NCBI RefSeq assembly: GCF_001194135.2
Contig: NC_068994.1
Location: forward strand, 23,337,990 to 23,384,711
DNA: 46,722 bases
Reading direction: 5' to 3'
From: Octopus bimaculoides
Taxonomy: Eukaryota
The notes beneath the pieces were generated by a model, which was given only the letters and a program-made list of their open reading frames with translations, was not told where the DNA came from and ran no database searches. Both the position numbers and the translations under genes were made by a program. This document shows positions 36,862-46,722 of the stretch, one piece after another. How positions within the stretch are numbered: position 1 is the first letter of the stretch; every line of letters starts with the position of its first letter.

Positions 36862-37882
36862 GTAGCACGTATATTAGTGTTTCTTTTTTTCTAACTTATG
36901 GATCTATTTCTTGAATATTACATCCATCTTGCCATCGTATTCAACTTTTCACTCGTATGAATTGGCTCAGTTGTGAAGCTAAAATTATTGATGCCACTAT
37001 TTATATTGCTGTTGATGGCTTTATGTTCGTTTACGTTTCTTCTTCAACCACTGTTATCCTTTGAAAAAGTATTGTGAATTGCTTAGCTGTTGCCTACCGA
37101 AACATATATCTTTATTATCATCTCGTGGCAATTAATATATCATATAAGATTCAAACAGAAGAAAAAAAAATCGCTGTGTAATTATGTATCTATGTTGCAG
37201 TAAAAAGTAATAAAACAGCAATGAAATGTAATATCCCCACCCGCACATAAAAAAAGAAAACCAACAACTACGGTTCCAGCACAAAGCAGACGACAGTAAA
37301 AAACATTTTGCAAATCTTTTCTTGACATTGCGCACTATTTCTGCTTGAATTTATTTCTGCTATCAATATGACCTCAACTGTCAAATACATACGTATAGAA
37401 CTTTCCAAATCATACGAATCAGTACTTACAAATGTTTTACCGTATAAAACCTGCGAGAAATCTCCACGCTTGGTTGCTGTTACTAAGACTGTTGTTACTG
37501 ACGTAACGGCCTGCAAGCATTTTAAGAGACTACATACGTTGTATTACTTGAAAAGCAGAACAATATCAAATTCACATTGAAGAGTTGTTATTCTGAAACA
37601 TTTGTATTTTAGTACGAACGTATAAAAATAGGGAAATAACGTGTGGAATTTTTATTCATGCAAGAAAGTAGCTGAAGCACATTTATTGCAAAACTTATTC
37701 ATAAGTAATTTTAAGTGTCTTCGATTCGACTTTGATCTTTTTAGAAGTGGCAGTTATATCGTTTCGAAGGTGTAGGAACATTTTATGAAGAATCTATACT
37801 AAAGGTGTCATGGTTACATCGAATGATAAGCTCTTTCGAATTGAGAATAAAAACTTTGTTTTTAACAAATGTCACTGAGGAG

Positions 37883-38109
37883 TGTTCAGCAAGGAATAAG
37901 AAAGGATGAATTCACGATGACTGAAACCTCTTTATTAGTATTACTTCAAAGAGAAATTACAACGCTGCGTTAGTTAAATATACAAGCATAAAATATACCT
38001 CCACATCTCGGTAACAATTGCATATCCATCTATCAATCTGTTTGCCTTTCTATCACTATCTGTCTATCTGCACACACATATAAACATATTATATAGATAG
38101 ATATTCACA

Positions 38110-38155
<46 letters not shown>

Positions 38156-39544
38156 TATGTATATAAAAACAAATTTACACGTACACACATACCACTGGTA
38201 GATAAAATTAGTGGCGGTGCTGCTTCAGGAAATTTGTAGCCGTTATTTTAATATTGTGTAAAAGGAAACAAACTATAAAAAGAAAATTTATACACAAATT
38301 TGATCGGTTCGCGTTTTAGCCACTGCTGGGTAGTGTGTTTAATTTGTTTAATTCCCCCTTGTTTTTCAAAAATCTCCCCTTAATCACAAAATAAGGTGGG
38401 ATTTTTCAAATCCTGGCAGCAATACTGAAGCTGGAAGCAGGATAATAATCTGGTTCTATCACATTCAAGAATATAAACGTGTTTTTAAGCACAACACACA
38501 CGCAGTCAAAAAGAAACACTACCTGTCACCAGCACACAGGGGTTGGCACTGCATGAACGACAGTGCTGTGTCTCCCTAGCGTGAAGCTTCCTATCTCGGA
38601 CCTGTGAGCATGCACACAACAGCGAAACACCGCGTCGCTGGAACTGTGAAGCGCACAGTTCTAAGAATTTTTGTATTTTTTCATAAACTAAGGGATAGCT
38701 ATTGACATTAAGCTTAAGGATTATATAATGTACAAGTATAAAGAAAGAATTAAAGAAAAAAGGACTCTTTATATTGAATGTTATCGACAATATCGAGTGG
38801 AAATAGAGGGTGCTGAAGTTCCGCAGTGCCTATAAATGAGCCGCCACTGACACATACACAGATATACACTTATCATATACATATAAACCCAACTCACATG
38901 CATATACACACTTTGTATACTAAAATGTCACTGTATAAAAACATTGAAGCACGAACAACACAACTACTTCAGTTCTATAGATACCTCTAAATACATACGT
39001 TTGTTGATGTTTCGCAAACAAGCATAACATAAATGGTGAACAAGTGTAGAACATTATGGACTAATTTGAAGCGTGAACTGATAAATGATTTAAAGTAGTA
39101 CTTTGTTCAGTGCCTATGCTGGAGTATTTTGAAGTACATTGTTTCGGAATGAATTGTTTTTAGGAAACATTATTTATAATGTTTATAGTCTTTATTATTG
39201 GCTTATTTTTCGATTAGTATTGATATAATTCATTCATTGAAAAATGTACAGTATCTCATTTTTCTAACCGAAAACGCCCCACATGTTTAACTAATACACA
39301 TTCAACAACAGCAGCAAAACTAATTGACCGGCTGAGCAGTCTTTGTATCCCTTGTTAACTCACTATTCACGTACATATACACAACACACGCACACACACA
39401 CACATACACACCCACATACACACACATATACACACACACACACGCACACATACACACACGCACGCACACATACATGCATATATATCTATATATCTACTCA
39501 CACATATAAACATATATAGATAGATATTCACACACACACTAATT

Positions 39545-39591
<47 letters not shown>

Positions 39592-39994
39592 AAATTTACA
39601 CTTACACACATACCACTGGCGATTCGTAGATAAAATTAGTGGTGATGCTGCTTAAGAAAATTTTTAACCGTTGTTTTAATATTGTGTGAAAGGAAACAAA
39701 CTACAAAAAAAAAATTTATACATAAATTTGATTGATTCGCGTTTTTGCCACTGCCGGGTAGTGTGTTTAATTTGTTCACTGAACACCGCCGCGAATTCAC
39801 CCTTGTTTTTCAAAAATCCCCCCCTAAATCACAAAATAAAGTGATAGATGGATATGCAATTGTTGCCGAGATGTGGAGGTATATTTTATGCTTGCATATT
39901 TAACTAACGTAGCGTTGTAATTTCTCTTTGAAGTGATACTAATAAAGAGGTTTCAGTCATCGTGAATTCATCCTTTCTTATTCCTTGCTGAACA
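37883..39994. repeat. Local duplication: segment A inverted (37883-38035 / 39842-39994) and segment B direct (38167-38397 / 39588-39843)
   Basis: The 153-bp A copies differ at 4 positions by my reading. The B copies align with more substitutions and indels. Confidence 0.9.
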
Positions 39995-40084
39995 ATTTGT
40001 AGTAGTAGAAATGCTCATGGTACAGCTAGCACGACAACAACGCTGGTAAATGGAGTCGGGAGTGCCTTATATACAAATAAATAT

Positions 40085-41060
40085 GATAAATGCTTATGCA
40101 GAGACAAATCCAGATGTCCTTTGATGAATATCTGTATGAGTACAAATCTTGTATAAAAATGTACCGTGAACACAAGGGGGTTCATTTGAGAATCGTTATC
40201 GTAACCATGTTGACAGCTTTAAGTCAATCAATAAGAGACATTCAGCATCTTTGGCAGATTTTACATGGTGAGGGAGGGTAAAACGAAGTACAATATTAAT
40301 TGGTCCATAGTTAGACATGCAAAAACCATACAATATAATTTCCAGGAGATGCCGTCTCTGCTCCGAGGAACCCCTGCCTATTCTGTGGACTAACGAGAAG
40401 ATACTTAATAGAATTTCTGAACGACTATCGAGATGCCTACATGCATATAAATGTATTTTTGCACAATGAGGTGACAACGAATTTTGAGTAACCGTTAACT
40501 TAATGCAATTTAATTTACTTTAAGGTATGGATGACTTAAGTTTACTTTTAACCTTCTCATTCTTATAAACACCAATAAATAACTAATTCGCTTTGTGATC
40601 ACGAGTGCACCAAACCTCACGTGTGCGTATGCTTACAATTTTGCTGATGCTTGTCTGAGCGTATGTACTCATGCCATGAAGCTTGCCCGAGGGCGTTTAT
40701 ACATCCATATCTGTTAAGGTTATTTTCAATACTTTTCTCGCTGGATTATGTGTTCGTTTCTCTTTTTGTCATCTGCAATTTTATTTTTGATCTTCTATAT
40801 ATATGACGATGTTCCCCCCGTCTGGCTGTTTTTCTCTCTACAAAACGGAACGTTATATTGTGGAACAGTCATTTTAACGAGTTGTTTTTATTTATTTATC
40901 ACCCGATGAGATACATTTGCGCCACCGGATGCTCCTGAACCAGTTGTTGAATGTCCCAACCAGGAGGAATCGATGCTAGATGTTTCGAAACAATAGTCGT
41001 GATTAATAATAAATTCTCGTATATTTCGTCTTCTGTCTTTCATGTGTTATATACGTAACG
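40085..41060 (+). mobile_element. Penelope-like element: GIY-YIG endonuclease C-terminus plus pseudo-LTR
   Basis: FENRYRNHVDSFK...RHSASLADFTW...WSIVRHAKPYNIISRRCRLCSEE...LN...RC.H (with frameshifts), followed by a non-coding pLTR-like stretch containing a hammerhead motif. Confidence 0.75.
40898..41003 (+). ncRNA. Type-I hammerhead-ribozyme-like motif with a long stem II (PLE pLTR)
   Basis: Stem I ATCAC/GTGAT; core CCGATGA (U4 to C); stem II closed by G40910-C40986; GAAAC-AATA-GTC; predicted cleavage after C40998. Confidence 0.7.
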
Positions 41061-41229
41061 ATCACTCTGAAAGTGACCGTGCTTTACCAGTAAACTACCA
41101 GGTGTAAACCATTCGTTTTATTATCCACTATATATATATATATACACACATACACACACATACACATGTTAATGTCGAGCGATGAAAATGAGTGCTCAAC
41201 AGTGTATTGGTACTTATAATTTCTTTATT

Positions 41230-42600
41230 TGTGAATTAAAACTACAATTGGTTTAATGTTGAATCAAAAAAAGTATAAAAGTATCCACAAAGTTTGAAAT
41301 AGAAGACAAAGTAGAAAACCTCATCCCAAGAAATCCTTTTATAACTCTGAAAGACCATAAAAATAACTTCACGCAGAATCCTAGCTGTAGATTTATAAAT
41401 CCCACAAAATGCGAAATAGGAATTATTCGTAAATCCATAGTATATAATATTATACGAAATATCAGAGCACATTCAAATCTTACTTAATGAATATGCAGCA
41501 GTGCAACTATTGAATAGTTTAAGAAAATAGAAGATATACTCAAACGCAAATTTATACAATTCGATGCTGTAGAGTTCTACCCCTAGATCTCCAAAAGATG
41601 AAGGCCTTTGGAGATCTAACAAATACTGATACAGATACAACTATGAACGCTAGGAAGTCATTACTCTTTCATGATAATTCCTATTTGGTAAAAAAGAATG
41701 GAGACGAGTTATTTGACGTGGCAATGGGGAGCTATGACGGTGCAGAGATAGCTGACCTTGTAGGCCTTTATATTCTTAAACAATAAATAAAAGCTAACAT
41801 AGGTGTATATAGGGACGATAGCCTAGGAGTAGAACATAATAAAAACGGTCATGATATGGATGGAGTAAGGAAACAGTTATGCAAAATATTTAGCCAATTG
41901 GGCCTAAGAGCCACAATTAGTATAAACCTTAAAGGAGTCAACTTCCTAGATATTAATATCTTAACACAGGAAAATTAAAACCCTATCACGAACCAAACTA
42001 AAAAGCCTCGTACATAGACAAAGGTTCCAACCACCCACCAGCAGTAATTAAACAAGTGATTAACAACATTAGCAGGCGCGTCTCCAATTTATCATCCGAC
42101 AAAGACACTTTCGAAAATATAATGCTATAGTTGAAAGGTCCAACTTCAAGAATAACATATACTACATTGAACCAATATAAATAGGCAAAGAGACGCAGAC
42201 AGATGAAGATCTTATGGTTCAACCCACTTTTTAGTATGAATGTAGCTACTAATATACCTAGGAATTCTTAAAACTAATAGATAACCACTTTCCACATTTA
42301 TACTAATATCACAAGATCTTCAATAAAAGTACCGTTAAAGTTAGCTATAGTTGCATCCCCAATATAGGGTCAATAATACTCAATCACAGTAAACATAAGC
42401 ACACCAGAAACACCATCGAAAGACAATGCAACTGTAGATCTCCAAATCAATGCCCTCTAAACAACAACGACTGTCTCGAGAAAGAACTCGTATACAAAGC
42501 CAAGATCACGGAACCCAACAGAGTAGCAAAGACATATATCGGAATGATGGGCAACTCGTTGAAGTACAGATATATAAACCTCTGGTGTCATTTAGAGACA
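41230..42600 (+). mobile_element. Penelope-like element RT plus start of GIY-YIG endonuclease, decayed
   Basis: FITLKDHKNNF...CRFINPTK; VAMGSYDGAEIADLVGLY; YRDD at 41808-41819; ILWFNP; then NCRSPNQCPL...CLEKELVYKA...TYIG. Stops and frameshifts; N-terminus absent. Confidence 0.92.
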
Positions 42601-42606
42601 AATACA

Positions 42607-42663
<57 letters not shown>

Positions 42664-43264
42664 NNNNNNNNNNNNNNNNNNNNNNNNNNNNNNNNNNNNN
42701 NNNNNNNNNNNNNNNNNNNNNNNNNNNNNNNNNNNNNNNNNNNNNNNNNNNNNNNNNNNNNNNNNNNNNNNNNNNNNNNNNNNNNNNNNNNNNNNNNNNN
42801 NNNNNNNNNNNNNNNNNNNNNNNNNNNNNNNNNNNNNNNNNNNNNNNNNNNNNNNNNNNNNNNNNNNNNNNNNNNNNNNNNNNNNNNNNNNNNNNNNNNN
42901 NNNNNNNNNNNNNNNNNNNNNNNNNNNNNNNNNNNNNNNNNNNNNNNNNNNNNNNNNNNNNNNNNNNNNNNNNNNNNNNNNNNNNNNNNNNNNNNNNNNN
43001 NNNNNNNNNNNNNNNNNNNNNNNNNNNNNNNNNNNNNNNNNNNNNNNNNNNNNNNNNNNNNNNNNNNNNNNNNNNNNNNNNNNNNNNNNNNNNNNNNNNN
43101 NNNNNNNNNNNNNNNNNNNNNNNNNNNNNNNNNNNNNNNNNNNNNNNNNNNNNNNNNNNNNNNNNNNNNNNNNNNNNNNNNNNNNNNNNNNNNNNNNNNN
43201 NNNATATGCATATATATATGTGCATATATGCATATGCATATATACATATATATTTGACGTAAAC

Positions 43265-44690
43265 ATTCAATTCACGATGGAATGTAGCCAACAACAACTT
43301 CCCTTCCTCGACTTCCTCATTTAGAAATCTAACAACGTAATAGAAACAGATATATACTATGACCCCACGGACTCCAATCAATGTCTACCGTTCATCTCAT
43401 GACACCCAAGACACACCAGAATGAATATCCCCTTCAAACTAGCAAAAAGGATATGTACTATAGTTTCTAATGCAAGCACCAGGGACACACGACTACATGA
43501 ACTAAAGGATACACTCATTACCAGGAACTACCTACCTTCACTAATTGACATATGCTTCCAACGTGCCCTACAACTCAACATCCACGAACTCAGACCTCCC
43601 AAATTAAAGAAGGATTTACAACCAAAAGCCCTACCATACATCTTCACACACAACCCTCTTAACAATGAAGCCTTCGACACCGTCCTTCAAAACATTCCCC
43701 TGCTAAAAAAGGACCACAGAATGAGCTTAATCCTCCAAACACACACCATCATAAAAAGCAAGAGACAGCTCAAATCTATGAAAAGTCTCCTAACACAAGC
43801 CCGAATACGTTCAACAACAACACTAAAGCCGTGAGTAAAAAATATGGAAGACCCAACTGTGGGATATGCGTCAATTTAATTGAGGGATCAGAGTTCTCCT
43901 TCAAACAGGGACGACCTTTCATAGTGAAAAGCAGCTTCACATGTGCTTCGGAGAACCTGATATACGCACTAACCTGTTCTGGGTATCAAGAGCAATACAT
44001 AGGCCAAACAAAAACAGTCTACGTCAAAGGATGGCTCTGCACAGATTCCAGATCAAAATTCCCCAAAACAGAAAAATAGCATTCAGCCAACACATCGACA
44101 TTTGCGCCTATAACAAAAATCCAAGCTTCAGAATTTTTCCCCTCTACCAATTCAGGGACGAGACAACTTGTAGCCAACGAATTAGTAAAGAGACTCTATT
44201 TATTACAAAATACAGACCCCTTTTGAACGCATCTACAACAAACGACATATCCACCACGGCCTTAGAATAACACGTACGCAAATATTAAAAATGATACGTT
44301 CAAGAGATACCCAAGGATTCATTAAAAACAGTCCCAATCACTGCTATATATATATAAGAACTTACGCTCTTGGATCTACGCAGGATTGCACCGAAGGACT
44401 CATGCTCTGGTTTTTATAACTTCGGGAAGTTGAACTATGAACTATGAACTTTTATGCTTCTTTTTTTCTTTTTTCTTTCCAGCTCCTTATTCTTTTACTC
44501 CCTTCCTCTATGTCGTTAATATACACCATTCTCATTTTCACTATTTTTCCTCCATTTTGTCTCTAATGACGGAATATCTCATACTCGGGGATATCCCAGA
44601 AACAGCTGTAAGATTTTGAATTTCTTCCTGTAATAATGTTGTATACGACTTGAGATGTTTGCCTTGCCTTAATGTTTGATGTCCTGTTTA
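43265..44690 (+). mobile_element. Second Penelope-like element (different lineage): RT thumb, Cys-rich linker, GIY-YIG, 3' pLTR
   Basis: LPFLDFLI...TDIYY.PTDS...HP.H...NIPFKLAKRICTIVS; RPNCGIC; FTCASENLIYALTC...QYIGQT; RQRMALHR. ORFs 43421-44270 are frameshifted pieces. Confidence 0.92.
44559..44614 (+). ncRNA. Type-I hammerhead-ribozyme-like motif in a PLE 3' pLTR
   Basis: Stem I (G)TCT/AGA(T); core CTAATGA (G5 to A); stem II 44570-44580/44588-44598 with 9 of 11 positions paired; GAAACAGCTGTA with palindromic stem III; predicted cleavage after A44610. Confidence 0.7.
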
Positions 44691-44959
44691 ACAATTATAT
44701 ATTCGCTCCATCAGAAATTTGCAATGGCTCCATAACTACCGTCTCGGCTATAATCTTGGAGCCCCAGTAATCCGTTACATCACTTACCTAGCGTACCTAG
44801 TCGTTTTGATCATCTGTGAATCTACCCCCCACCATACTTTGTACACACACACATTTATATATATAGATGCTGCTCACTGATAAATCAATAATGGAATGGC
44901 ATGTTGTATAGAAGTGTGGCGACAGGTTGGTGACGATAACAGTATCATATTACTGAGAA

Positions 44960-45150
44960 CTTCTGTTGCAATTTTCCAATCTAATGTATTTGATCATCTG
45001 CAAACTTTGCGGCGCTCTTAATATTGGGAAAAGAGGCCGACGCCTTGCCGAACGCTTACTGGAGCACATTCGAAGCACACTACTACGTATGTCTAGCCAA
45101 CCTGTCACCATACTCATTTGATACACTCCATGGCTACATTTTTGAATATT
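44960..45150 (+). mobile_element. Additional PLE GIY-YIG endonuclease fragment
   Basis: SNLMYLIICKLCGALNIGKRGRRLAERLLEHIRS resembles SNLIY.I.C..C...YIGETGRRL..R..EH.R. Confidence 0.7.
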
Positions 45151-46564
45151 TAATTCCCATAAATTTGCTTCATATGCTTAGATTGTTCCTCCACATAACT
45201 TTTGCTAAAATTAAAGATTCCTCATCTCTTATTCCGTTATGAAAGAACAACAAACTCTTTGATCACTTTACGGATCATCGCAATTAATTTGTCAGTACTA
45301 ATCCTTTCAGCTATATCTACTTTCATAACTTTCATTGTCTTTTTCAGAATTCCTAATTATACATCAATAATTTCAGAGTCAGTACAATGTTTGCAGAAGT
45401 TGTCACTTCGTTAAGCTTTATCCACTTACATTGTTTGCTGTAGCTTTGTCACCATATCCATAACTCATTAGACATCGTCAAGCAACTCACATTGCAACGT
45501 CTAAAGAAATGAGACACTCAATAATGTAGCCTTAGATACCTGTAAAATGGGACTATTTTGATCATAAGTTTGTTCTGTCAGGGATAACCTGGTGTTAAGC
45601 AACAACAGTAGCAGCAGCAATAGTAAAAACGGCAATTAATATAGTAAAAGCAAGACAGAAATTCGTTGGCAATCTTCCATCTCAGCGTTCTATAAAAATT
45701 TTTGTCAAACATCTTCAGCAAATTTGCTAAAGTATCAATAAATTGTGTCTGATAACTGCTGCTAAAATATATAGAGTTACTGCTATCTCTAATGAATCAA
45801 TGTATTCAGAATAGATTGATTTCCAGTGCACAGAGAAAATTTGCTGTCTGTGGCAAAAAACAAACAAAAAAGTAAATAAATAAGTAAATGAAAAGAATCT
45901 TCCCCATCATCTTGAAATAGATAAAAGCGAAATTAGGACAATTCGATGAGTAAATCGTCAAACTTATGAAGTTGGTGATGGTCAAGTGATAATTCTTCTT
46001 GAAAAAAAGAAAACCGAGTAAACACTTCTCATATTTTCTATTTGTGTAACACGTTGAATGCTTGAACATAAACGCAAACTTCCATTGATTACTTCTTCAT
46101 CGCGATATGTTATTTCTCGTTTTGGATATAACTGCAAGGGCTTCATTGAGTTTCTCCTCCACACTTAAAACACCAGTAATTACAAGACTAAAATAGAGAC
46201 CCTATATGGTCACTTAATATGCTAAACATTACAGTGCAATCCCCTCAAACCTATTACTTTAAATCATGAACACATTGAACAATGTAGTCCGACATATACA
46301 AAACGACAGGATAGGGAAGATCATATGCCTATCCAATAACAGTTGATCGAAGTTGAATCATAAACAAAAACAACAATTAAAAAAAAAAAAAGAGAGAGAC
46401 CACGTGCAATTCTAATATTGTTTTAGAATTTCGATTTTCAACAGCGTTCCTGCATTTGCAGTCAGAAGGGTGATCTATTCTTTAACTCTGAACAACACGT
46501 ATATCATTATAATACTGATGTTCAATCAGCAACTTTCTAAACATTCTGAAGACCATCCCGTGCC

Positions 46565-46700
46565 TAGAGCGACATCATTGTCCTTCCTTTATAAGACAGT
46601 AAGTATGATTTTGGGAAGATATCGATGCTGTATCTAGCACATCGCACGTCAACGTTCCAGCCATAACCATCCCATCTATTTTTTCAGACAGTAAACTACC
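46565..46700 (-). repeat. Unclassified interspersed repeat fragment
   Basis: Reverse-complement similarity to 19808-19906. Confidence 0.45.
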
Positions 46701-46722
46701 TAATATATATATATATATAAAT

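Noticed and set aside
37268-37516. 82-aa minus-strand ORF (MQAVTSVTT...)
   Set aside because: No recognisable family, and the length is within chance expectation.
38598-38642. CTGTGA...GAAAC-ACCGC-GTC hammerhead-like order
   Set aside because: The core lacks A6, stem I does not form, and the region folds better as the CAGCGA/TCGCTG hairpin.
1830-43381. Long ORFs rich in THTH/CVCV/IYIY or X
   Set aside because: They are translations of dinucleotide microsatellites and N gaps, not genes.
46460-46605. Possible exon ending ACA|GTAAGT
   Set aside because: The donor lies inside a reverse-oriented interspersed repeat fragment.

Overview
AT-rich, microsatellite-dense eukaryotic DNA with many N gaps. 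The SINE sequences suggest an octopus or other cephalopod, which is an inference from pattern recognition and not a database result. I cannot support any intact host protein-coding gene, rRNA, genuine tRNA or CRISPR array, and most listed ORFs are translated (CA)n/(TA)n tracts or N gaps. The window is a transposable-element graveyard. It holds many copies of two tRNA-derived SINE families and a decayed Tx1/L1-clade LINE (15.2-18.7 kb). It also holds R4/Dong-like RLE-LINE fragments (23.7-25.8 kb), two tRNA-Trp-primed Gypsy LTR remnants (9.4-10.4 kb and 11.6-12.2 kb), a mariner relic and a mariner MITE. A same-strand cluster of four Penelope-like element (PLE) fragments lies at 40.1-45.2 kb. The most interesting signal is three type-I hammerhead-ribozyme-like folds (30.5, 40.9 and 44.6 kb). 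Two sit in PLE pseudo-LTR positions, all have a minimal stem III, and two have an unusually long stem II. All three carry core or junction deviations, so activity is doubtful. Other structural oddities are a SINE nested in opposite orientation inside another SINE, a mixed direct/inverted duplication at 37.9-40.0 kb and an old foldback at 26.5-27.0 kb.
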